Assembly: GCA_001179505.1 (NCBI GenBank)
Contig: CDMY01000749.1
Span: forward strand, 1-24,246
Origin: Vitrella brassicaformis CCMP3155
Taxonomy: Eukaryota > Protista > Chromerida
Reading direction: 5' to 3'
DNA length: 24,246 nucleotides
In this document: positions 1-9,733 of the stretch, piece after piece
Numbering within the stretch: position 1 is the stretch's first letter
Layout of the letters: every line of letters starts with the position of its first letter
Translations under genes and position numbers: made by a program
The notes under the pieces: model-generated
What the model was told of the DNA's origin: nothing
Database searches by the model: none
The model's input: the letters and a program-made list of their open reading frames with translations, nothing else

Positions 1-965
1 CCCACTCGCCTCGCCAAAAACGAAGAAAAGGGGTGCCCCACTTACGGGCGCCCGCACCACGCTCGCCGCCGCGGTTCATGGGGAAGAGCAGCAGGACGGG
101 GATGTAGAGCAGCACCAGACAGGCCTTATCAGAGTCGCCCGCCGCCGTCGATTCAAACAGCCGCTCCACAGCCTCTACGACCTCCCGCAGGGCGAGCCGC
201 GCACACTGCGGGAGCCGCTCGATGGAGCGGATGGCGCGTTGGAAGTCCGCAAAGTGATCGGCCTCAGACCGGCCGGTCAAAAACTCCACTCCTGGGGCCG
301 GCAGGGTCCGATGCGATCGCTGCCAGTGGCCGTTAACAGAGTTCGTGGAGGGCGGGGGCGGAGGGGGAGGGCCTTCAGGCGGCCCACCGGGAGGGCCCTG
401 CCCACCAGGCGGGCCCGGTCTACCTGCCAGTGGTCGGCGAGGGCGCCACTGCTGGGATTGCCGACCTCCCCCTGACGGCGACCGACTGCCGCGTCGATCT
501 CCCGATTGTTGACGGCCCGCACCCCCGGCGCCTTGAGCAGCCTCGCCTGCCGCCCGCAGGCCATCTTGCACATTACGCGGCTGGTCCGCTGCCTCGTGTC
601 TGCGCCGTTCTTCGGTCTCACGTTGTTGCCGCTCCTCGGTCTCACGCTGTCGCTGCGCCTCAGTCTCACGTTGTCGCCGCGCCTCGGCCTCACGTCGTCG
701 TTGCTCCGCGGTCTCACGCTCTCGCCGCGCCTCCTCGCCGCAACGCCCATGACAAAAATCACCGCAGCTCAGGCAAGGGCCGTCTCCTCTCGCCCGCCCA
801 GATCGACGTCGACGGGTACCACATCGGCCGTGGCAGAACTGCCCGCAGCTGCCACACCGCCCGGCCACCACATCCCGCGCAGACCGCCGCAGCGAGCGGT
901 CGCGGCACCTCCAAGTGCCCGTACGGCTCGGTTCGTCGAGTCCGTTAGAGTCATCCACATCACCT
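1..965 (-). mobile_element. Non-LTR retrotransposon ORF segment (R2/CRE/NeSL-like, restriction-endonuclease-type clades): Cys/His motifs, R/E-rich coil, Pro/Gly linker and pre-RT region; runs off the left edge
   Basis: The minus frame is stop-free from 965 to 2. It is absent from the ORF track, probably because it has no stop inside the window. It reads CGSCGQFCHGRCG...CLSCGDFCHGRCG, then EEARRERETAEQRRREAE..., PGPPGGQGPPGGPP, then AIRSIERLPQCARLALREVVEAVERLF...LVLLYIPVLLLFPMNRGG...FLRFWRGEW. From my recall of the family, the last block resembles the region just upstream of the RT domain in these elements. The RT itself is not in the window. Confidence 0.65.
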
Positions 966-1654
966 CCGTGAATTTGCCGCCGTCCAGCCTCAGGGGATCG
1001 GCACCGAGGCCTACATTGAAGGCGTCCGGCTTGGAAGAGGCCTGAGCGAGATAGAGGTGCAGTCGGTGGCCAACGTTGTCGGGGCGACCATCGTGGTTTG
1101 CCGGGCACACGAGAGTGTGTCTTTAGAGACGACCGCCCCCCTCCCCGTGGCAATCGGGCTGTTCGTCGACCCAGAGCAACAATTTCGAGTCGCCGGCAGC
1201 CCTGCCATCCATGTGCTCTACATGCCCGGCCACTTTGCCGTCATGCTGCCTGCTGACCGGCCGCACGACGACTGGGTGGAGGCAAACGATGCCGGCGACT
1301 CGAGCAACGCCCAGGCAGATGGAGGCCCCGCCTCGCCGATCGTGATCCATGACGACCCCCCAGGCGCCCCAGCCGCCCCTCCCCTGCCCGCCCCGCCGCC
1401 CTCACGCGATGACGAGAACGGGCGGGCCGACGCGCACAGCGAGGAAGTCCCGATGGACGTCGACGACCTGGAGGCGGAGTTGGCGGCTCTGGCAGCGGAC
1501 CTGGCACTGGCGGCGCGTATCGACGGTGAGGGGCCAGGACCCGAACAACGCCAAGACCGCCCGTCGCCAACGGCAACGGCGACACCGCCGCTATCGTCGC
1601 CGCCGGATCGACTCAGGAGCCCACCTGGCGATCATTTCCCCTTCGGCGAGCAGC
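966..1654 (+). mobile_element. Inverted 5' part of the same retroelement: C-terminal half of an OTU-like cysteine protease plus acidic/Pro linker (copy A1)
   Basis: The frame of ORF 1057 extended upstream reads LREFAAVQPQGIGTEAYIEGVRLGRGLSEIEVQSVANVVGATIVV...AIHVLYMPGHFAVMLP. This matches the OTU pattern Y..m......ElEl.Ala..l...I.V followed by l.Y.pGH(Y/F). The catalytic-Cys motif is absent because of truncation. Confidence 0.6.
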
Positions 1655-1954
1655 NNNNNNNNNNNNNNNNNNNNNNNNNNNNNNNNNNNNNNNNNNNNNN
1701 NNNNNNNNNNNNNNNNNNNNNNNNNNNNNNNNNNNNNNNNNNNNNNNNNNNNNNNNNNNNNNNNNNNNNNNNNNNNNNNNNNNNNNNNNNNNNNNNNNNN
1801 NNNNNNNNNNNNNNNNNNNNNNNNNNNNNNNNNNNNNNNNNNNNNNNNNNNNNNNNNNNNNNNNNNNNNNNNNNNNNNNNNNNNNNNNNNNNNNNNNNNN
1901 NNNNNNNNNNNNNNNNNNNNNNNNNNNNNNNNNNNNNNNNNNNNNNNNNNNNNN

Positions 1955-2993
1955 AGTGCCCGTACGGCTCGGTTCGTCGAGTCCGTTAGAGTCATCCACA
2001 TCACCTCCGTGAATTTGCCGCCGTCCAGCCTCAGGGGATCGGCACCGAGGCCTACATTGAAGGCGTCCGGCTTGGAAGAGGCCTGAGCGAGATAGAGGTG
2101 CAGTCGGTGGCCAACGTTGTCGGGGCGACCATCGTGGTTTGCCGGGTACATGAGAGTATGTCTTTAGAGACGACCGCCCCCCTCCCCGTGGCAATCGGGC
2201 TGTTCGTCGACCCAGAGCAACAATTTCGAGTCGCCGGCAGCCCTGCCATTCATGTGCTCTACATGCCCGGCCACTTTGCCGCCATGCTGCCTGCTGACCG
2301 GCCGCACGACGACTGGGTGGAGGCAAACGACGCCGGCGACTCGAGAAACGCCCACGCTGATGGAGGCCCCGCCTCGCCGATCGTGATCCATGACGACCCC
2401 CCAGGCGCCCCAGCCGCCCGTCCCCTGCCCGCCCCGCTGCCCTCACGCGATGACGAGAACGGGCGGGCCGACGCGCACAGCGAGGAAGTCCCGATGGACG
2501 TCGACGACCTGGAGGCGGAGTTGGCGGCTCTGGCAGCGGACCTGGCACTGGCGGCGCGTATCGACGGTGAGGGGCCAGGACCCGAACAACGCCAAGACCG
2601 CCCGTCGCCAACGGCAACGGCGACACCGCCGCTATCGTCGCCGCCGGATCGACTCAGGAGCCCACCTGGCGATCATTTCCCCTTCGGCGAGCAGCGGGGG
2701 CGAATCCCCGCCAGCCAGGCCGCCACGCGTTGCCCCCCCGGCTCGCCCCCAACCGTCTCTGGATGAGCTCATTGCTGCTGAGGGAGCCCCACCAGGCCGG
2801 CTCGAGGTCCTGGCCGACATGACTTCCCGGGAGGGCTTCGACCCGTCAAACACGGCCCCTCCCCAGGGCCTCCACGACGCCAGGGATATCCTCGATGCAT
2901 GGAACGACACGCCGAGCGGCTCGGCGGCCCCCGCGGCCAACCCGGGCGGCACGAGGGCCGCCATGGGCGAAGAGGAGGACACGCGTGTGGGTG
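1955..2993 (+). mobile_element. Near-identical second copy (A2) of 914-1654, extended through the linker to the junction with host DNA at 2993/2994
   Basis: Offset by 1041 nt from copy A1, with a few substitutions. It includes the same inversion junction (2006/2007) and ends ...GACACGCGTGTGGGTG|TATAGTGTTGCTTAGGG. Probably an overlapping contig or haplotype placed across a gap. Confidence 0.6.
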
Positions 2994-3382
2994 TATAGTG
3001 TTGCTTAGGGTCGAATCCTGCGCAAAATGGAGGCACACGTGGATGCCTCCTTCCTCATCACAATAACCAATCACCAACCAACCGGGGACCAGGACGTTGT
3101 GATTCCTCCTTTTGACGATGTTCCTCCGAGCAGCCACTCACTGCTCATGATGCCAGTGCTGTCGTTCGTGATGGGGTTGGTGAGCAGCTTCCGCCCCTCG
3201 TCTTCATTCAGCCCCCACTTTCCTGCAAAGGAGCGGGCTGTGCTTCCACTCACAGCCATCAAGCAACATCAGTTTCGAGTTCAAAACCTTGTGGTCCAAC
3301 ACGCGGTAAGCCTTGCACGTACAGAGCAGAGAGGATGCTGCTGAAATGTTTTGCCCACCTCGCTTCTTCTGCTGCAGACCTC
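2994..3382 (+). repeat. Duplicate of the first ~390 nt of the host gene region at 5330-5718
   Basis: ORF 3027-3344 gives the same translation as ORF 5363-5680. It ends at an N gap, so it is likely an assembly duplicate. Confidence 0.7.
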
Positions 3383-3682
3383 NNNNNNNNNNNNNNNNNN
3401 NNNNNNNNNNNNNNNNNNNNNNNNNNNNNNNNNNNNNNNNNNNNNNNNNNNNNNNNNNNNNNNNNNNNNNNNNNNNNNNNNNNNNNNNNNNNNNNNNNNN
3501 NNNNNNNNNNNNNNNNNNNNNNNNNNNNNNNNNNNNNNNNNNNNNNNNNNNNNNNNNNNNNNNNNNNNNNNNNNNNNNNNNNNNNNNNNNNNNNNNNNNN
3601 NNNNNNNNNNNNNNNNNNNNNNNNNNNNNNNNNNNNNNNNNNNNNNNNNNNNNNNNNNNNNNNNNNNNNNNNNNNNNNNNNN

Positions 3683-4380
3683 GACGCGCACAGCGAGGAA
3701 GTCCCGATGGACGTCGACGACCTGGAGGCGGAGTCGGCGGCTTTGGCAGCGGACCTGGCACTGGCGGCGCGTATCGACGGTGAGGGGCCAGGACCCGAGC
3801 AACGCCAAGACCGCCGTCGCCAACGGCAACGACGACACCACCGCTATCGTCGCCGCCGGATCGACTCAGGAGCCCACCTGATGATCATTTCCCCTTCGGC
3901 GAGCAGCAGGGGCGAATCCCCGCCAGCCAGGCCGCCACGCGTTGCCCCCCCGGCTCGCCCTCAACCGTCTCTGGATGAGCTCATTGCTGCTGAGGGAGCC
4001 CCACCAGGCCGGCTCGAGGTCCTGGCCGACATGACTTCTCGGGAGGGCTTCGACCCGTCAAACACGGCCCCTCCCCAGGGCCTCCACGACGCCAGGGATA
4101 TCCTCGATGCATGGAACGACACGCCGAGCGGCTCGGCGGCCCCCGCGGCCAACGCAGGCGGCACGAGGGCCGCTATGGGCGAAGAGGAGGACACGCGTGT
4201 GGGTGCAGGTGATGTGGATGGCTCTAACGGACTTGACGAATCGAGCCGTACGGGCACTAGGAGGTGCCGCGACCGCTCGCTGCGGCGGTCTGCGCGGGAT
4301 GTGCTGGCCGGGCGGTGTGGCAGCTGCGGGCAGTTCTGCCACGGCCGATGTGGTACCCGTCGACGTCGATCTCGGCGGGC
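3683..4380 (+). mobile_element. Sister copy (variant B) showing the non-inverted junction: the linker continues in frame into the CxxCxxxCHxxC region
   Basis: Reads ...MGEEEDTRVG-AGDVDGSNGLDESSRTG...CGSCGQFCHGRCG in one frame. Positions 4207-4380 are the reverse complement of ~791-965, with several substitutions. Confidence 0.65.
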
Positions 4381-4680
4381 NNNNNNNNNNNNNNNNNNNN
4401 NNNNNNNNNNNNNNNNNNNNNNNNNNNNNNNNNNNNNNNNNNNNNNNNNNNNNNNNNNNNNNNNNNNNNNNNNNNNNNNNNNNNNNNNNNNNNNNNNNNN
4501 NNNNNNNNNNNNNNNNNNNNNNNNNNNNNNNNNNNNNNNNNNNNNNNNNNNNNNNNNNNNNNNNNNNNNNNNNNNNNNNNNNNNNNNNNNNNNNNNNNNN
4601 NNNNNNNNNNNNNNNNNNNNNNNNNNNNNNNNNNNNNNNNNNNNNNNNNNNNNNNNNNNNNNNNNNNNNNNNNNNNNNNN

Positions 4681-5329
4681 AGCAACGCCCAGGCAGATGG
4701 AGGCCCCGCCTCGCCGATCGTGATCCATGACGACCCCCCAGGCGCCCCAGCCGCCCGTCCCCTGCCCGCCCCGCTGCCCTCACGCGATGACGAGAACGGG
4801 CGGGCCGACGCGCACAGCGAGGAAGTCCCGATGGACGTCGACGACCTGGAGGCGGAGTCGGCGGCTTTGGCAGCGGACCTGGCACTGGCGGCGCGTATCG
4901 ACGGTGAGGGGCCAGGACCCGAGCAACGCCAAGACCGCCGTCGCCAACGGCAACGACGACACCACCGCTATCGTCGCCGCCGGATCGACTCAGGAGCCCA
5001 CCTGATGATCATTTCCCCTTCGGCGAGCAGCAGGGGCGAATCCCCGCCAGCCAGGCCGCCACGCGTTGCCCCCCCGGCTCGCCCTCAACCGTCTCTGGAT
5101 GAGCTCATTGCTGCTGAGGGAGCCCCACCAGGCCGGCTCGAGGTCCTGGCCGACATGACTTCTCGGGAGGGCTTCGACCCGTCAAACACGGCCCCTCCCC
5201 AGGGCCTCCACGACGCCAGGGATATCCTCGATGCATGGAACGACACGCCGAGCGGCTCGGCGGCCCCCGCGGCCAACGCAGGCGGCACGAGGGCCGCTAT
5301 GGGCGAAGAGGAGGACACGCGTGTGGGTG
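4681..5329 (+). mobile_element. Variant B linker copy joined to host DNA at 5329/5330
   Basis: Carries the same diagnostic variants as 3683-4205 but ends in the host junction GGGTG|TATAGTG, as copy A2 does. Confidence 0.6.
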
Positions 5330-5362
5330 TATAGTGTTGCTTAGGGTCGAATCCTGCGCAAA

Positions 5363-6492
5363 ATGGAGGCACACGTGGATGCCTCCTTCCTCATCACAAT
5401 AACCAATCACCAACCAACCGGGGACCAGGACGTTGTGATTCCTCCTTTTGACGATGTTCCTCCGAGCAGCCACTCACTGCTCATGATGCCAGTGCTGTCG
5501 TTCGTGATGGGGTTGGTGAGCAGCTTCCGCCCCTCGTCTTCATTCAGCCCCCACTTTCCTGCAAAGGAGCGGGCTGTGCTTCCACTCACAGCCATCAAGC
5601 AACATCAGTTTCGAGTTCAAAACCTTGTGGTCCAACACGCGGTAAGCCTTGCACGTACAGAGCAGAGAGGATGCTGCTGAAATGTTTTGCCCACCTCGCT
5701 TCTTCTGCTGCAGACCTCGAGCACAGACGTAGACGAGGAGGCTCTCGAAATTCCCCCTTTCAGCCTCCTTGGCTACCAGCACAAGATATACAAGACATTC
5801 GGCGACCCGGCAGGGTGCGATGGGCAGATCGAATATGCCGTGGAGGCTGGCTACGTCCCAGTTATCCCTCCTGGCTTGGCGGCTCCGACTGCGACACAAC
5901 GCTGAACATGCTGTACAGCAGCGACACAGAGGATTGGGCGATGCTTCCCGTCGCAATGAAGGGCAATTACACCACATGGAGGAAGGTTCTGGATGAGTCT
6001 TTTATTCTCACCCTTCGGTCGAGGGAGCCAAGTGAAAAAGGAGATCACTTCATCGTCTTCTTCGGCCTATGGATCCACAACCGTTGGGGCATCATCCCTT
6101 CGATGCTGGACGAATTGTGGACCACTGGAGTCATCAAGAGTGGCGTCAGGAGCATGAAGCAGCTCGGTGACCTTCTGACGCAGAAGGGACAAGACAGCCA
6201 GAAGGAGGTCGTCTATGCCTTGCTTATCGACGGTCCCTACAAATGGTTCGAGGCGTGGGTTTTGAAGGAGGAGAAGACGAAGGGGTGGAAGATGCTGGAG
6301 TATCTCTATGACGAAGGGGTCAATGTCTTTCATGGCCAAGAAGAGTCAGTCTACACTGAGTTTTCCAAAACTGACCATAACAGCAAGCCTCGAGATATGT
6401 ATGAGGGCGCCAGGAAGGAGCTCGAAGAGGCCAAGAAGGAGAACGCACAGCTCAAGAGAGACGAAGGGGGCTGGCTGCGATGGAGGTTGTGA
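5363..6492 (+). CDS. Protein of unknown function, paralog 1 (2 exons; one apparent frameshift near 5901)
   Basis: A GTAAGC...CTGCAG intron at 5642-5713 joins QHA|TSSTDVDEEALEIPP in frame. The downstream frame LNMLYSSDTEDWAMLPVAMKGNYTTW...LDELWTTGVIKSGVRSMKQLGDLL aligns with the minus-strand paralog. The frame switch at TQR/LNM needs one extra base. Confidence 0.55.
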
Positions 6493-7138
6493 TGCGAGGG
6501 TAACTAGGCGAGTGGTGCTAGCCTCTATGTCAGGCCGTCACAGCTTTCCTCAGTCCCTTAGGCGGCCATGATCCTATCCGCTTAGTGAGCGTCTGCGGTC
6601 TCATCCTGTCGATGTGCCAGGTCAACCCTTGATGGGATGGGCTAAATTGTTCTCAGCCACATAATGCGATGTGAGCAGCCGGGATTGACATGGATGTGTA
6701 CATGCATTCAGGTATACAGACGGAACAGCATTTAATAGACGTTTCTATGTGGTTCGTGAAGCCGACAGGCAGCTCACGTTGCGTTCTCATGTGGGTTTTT
6801 CGTGATTGGATTACGTTGGGGAATTGATGAATGAACGGTGCAATCAATGAAAAGTACCAGAGCTCCTGTGATTGACGTGACCAGAGAGGGCCAGGCCCCT
6901 ATACGACGAAAACAAACATAGTACACGCCCAACAGGACGCCCGGTGGTCCACACAAACTGTCTGCCCATCCCAAGGCGACTTCGAAACGCACGAGCATGC
7001 ACCTACCAATCACTACTAGCTGTCTATCGCATCTGGCAAGCATCGTCTTATGTATACCCTGTACGTCGCACCTCACCACCACCACACCGATGGAGGTGAG
7101 GTGTGTGGGGGAGCACCGCTCGCCGACTTTTCCTCACC

Positions 7139-8335
7139 TCACCACCACCACCCGACGAGCCGTCCCAATCCAGCACCCCCTGTCTTGAGCTTCTCGTTCT
7201 CCTTCTTGACTTGTTCAAGCTCCTTCCTGACGCCTTCATACAGCTCCAGGTAGCGTTCCTTCCTCCACCTCCCATACAGTATGTTGACCTCCGCACTCTC
7301 GAGATACTCGAAGACGTTCACAGACTGAGTGCCCTTTCTCTTGTTAAGCCACGCCTTGAACCAATCCAGGCGACCGTCGACGAGAAAGACATAGATGACC
7401 TCCTTGTCTTGTTCCTCTTGTGCCAAAAGCTCGCCGAGATTTTTCATGCTCCTGACGCCCCTCTCTATCACTCCGGTGGTCCACAGTGCGTCCAGCTTAG
7501 CAGGGGTGAGCCCTGAGCTCTCCACCAAAGTGCCGAAGACGCAGCCAGTGATCTCCTTCTTTTTTCGGCTCCTTGTAAAGATAGTTGTCGACGAAGACAT
7601 CGACGAACGCCTTCCAGGCAGTGTAATTGCCCTCCATAGCCACGGGCAGATACCACCAATCAGCGACGTGTTCCATCTCGTCTTCGTCCTCGTCGAAGAG
7701 CGCACTCAGTCGATGGATTCCAGATGGAATTGCGAGGCCAGCCGGGAGGACAGGCAGGTAGCCGACGCGGATAGCATAGCGGATCTTGCCGTCGTAGCGG
7801 GCTGAGTCGCCGAATGTCGCGTATATCTTCCGCTGGCAATCGACGGCGGAGATCGGCGGTATTTCGAGAGCCTCCTCGTCTACATCTGTGCTCGAGATCT
7901 GCAGCAGAAGAAGCGAGATGAGCGAAACAGCTTCGACAGCATGCTTTCTGTACGTGCTGAGCTTACCGAGTGGTGCACGAGGTTTTGAACTCGAAACTGG
8001 TGTTGCTGCATGATGTGTGGAAACACAGCCCGCTCCTTTGCAGGAAAGTGGGGGCTGAATGAAGACGAGGGGCGGAACTTGAAGCTGCTCACCAGCCCCA
8101 TCACCAACGACAGCACTGGCACCATGAGCAGTGAGTGGCTGCTCGGAGGAACATCGCCATAAGGAGGAATCCACAACTCCTGGTCCCCGGTTGGTTGGTG
8201 ATTGGTTACTGTGATGAGGAGGGGTGTGCCTCCGTTTTGCGCAGGATTCGACCCTAAGCAACCATCGAAAGACTGGCCTGCGTCAAAAGGTGGGTTGTTT
8301 CTACCTTCCGCCCACTCAGTACCTCCCGCCCCCAT
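7139..8335 (-). CDS. Protein of unknown function, paralog 2 (inverted copy; frameshift near 7540; start uncertain)
   Basis: Same intron position (7899-7966, GTAAGC...CTGCAG). Aligned peptides include PPSSHSLLM.PVLS.VMGLVSS, STDVDEEALEIPP, LPVAM.GNYT.W, LD.LWTTGVI..GVRSMK.LG.LL and YEG.RKELE..KKEN..LK. The ATG of paralog 1 is ACG here. Confidence 0.55.
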
Positions 8336-9733
8336 GTGATTGGCTGATTGTTGCTTTTGTGGCTCAGAGGGCGCTCATTTTTCCACTTCCCCCTTCTGGC
8401 TTCTGTACACTTGCCATGGCTCTTGCTGGGCGACAGCGCCCGTTCTTGTGTATGTAGCCGGAATCGGTGTTTGTCAACGTTCTACAAGGCAGCCAGTGCT
8501 CTCTGTTGCCATCTGTTTGTCCGCCGGTGCCAGTGCAGGGAGGGGTAGACAGGCCGTGTGCATGCTTTGCATGTACATGCTGCTAGTTTAGTGCGTGAGA
8601 CAACAGGATCCCTCCGGGGTTACAGACACGAGTCTCGTTAAACACAATAACCAACCAACCGGTCGTGCGTGATTTCTTAAAATGTCTCCCCGGTGGTTCG
8701 GTGAGGTGCTCTTTCCCTTTCTCTTCGTTGTGGCGGAGAAGCGCCCCGCTCTCCCACTCGCGGGAAACGGCAATACTCATGCCAAAAATCAAGTTCTGTA
8801 CACCGCCGAGACACTCGAAAAAACATCGATGTATGGATATATCTGCCTTTCCAGTCTGTCCCTCTGACAATCTCACTGTCTCTCTGTCTTTCTGTCTCTG
8901 TTCTCTGTATGTTTTATGCGTATTTGTACTATGTGGTGCATCCAATATGATGACGGATGGGTTGTCATGCCTGCATAAATAAATGTATGAATGAATGAAT
9001 GAATGTATTTATGTATGTTTTTATGCGTTGTGGCTGGATAGATGGATAGGTACGTCTTCCCCTGTGCCTGTGTGTGTTTCTTGGGGTTTTCTTCCGGGGT
9101 TTTTACGCATATTTGGGAGGCTTTGAGAATGGCTCGGTCAAGAGAGGGGCCTTCAACGGGGTATGTATGCAATTGTTTCCAATGTGTCAGGGGCATGTTG
9201 CAGGTTTCAAATTCAAGAACGCGATAACCCATCGTACGACGATATGTCTTACTTTTCGCATCAAATAGACTGGAGTTATGTAGAAATGGACAAGACAAAC
9301 GGAAGTCATATAAAGGTACTCATAGCAAGCCGACAGGCCCGAATGTGGTTTCGGGTTGCGAATGTGTGATGTTTCAGCATGAAAACGAATTTTCTGGTCA
9401 AGGTGGAAGGATGCCTTGAAGTGGCTGGCACTTTATTTATTCGGTTCGCAACAAGGCGAGAGACCTTCAAGTTGTGCAGGTGAGTAGCAGCGGAAAAAGG
9501 TGGCCAGCGAATCCATAACGTGTCTGTCCGTTTTGTTTCTTCGATTCATCAGTCACTTCTCCATTGCGCGTATAGCATTCATCATGTCTCTTTCAGTCAG
9601 TCTTTTTGTATCATCGCATTGCATCGTGTCGTTCGGCCATCGCTCGATGTGTGTGTGTCTTCATCTTCACTGAAGCTTGGTCAATTGGGCTGGTCCAAAT
9701 GAATGCGTCTCTGTCGGTTTCAGGGCTGAGATG

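Noticed and set aside
5340-5362. tRNA T-loop-like GGGTCGAATCC at the insertion site (tRNA gene or tRNA-targeted insertion)
   Set aside because: There is no cloverleaf, D-arm/A box or acceptor stem, and the motif lacks the invariant TTC.
914-5720. A genuine tandem array of four retroelement/host units
   Set aside because: Every copy boundary coincides with a placeholder gap. Haplotype or repeat redundancy is the simpler explanation until long reads say otherwise.
8641-8662. Short match CACAATAACCAA..CCAACCGG to the paralog 5' region (~5395-5420)
   Set aside because: Too short and low-complexity, with no extension on either side.
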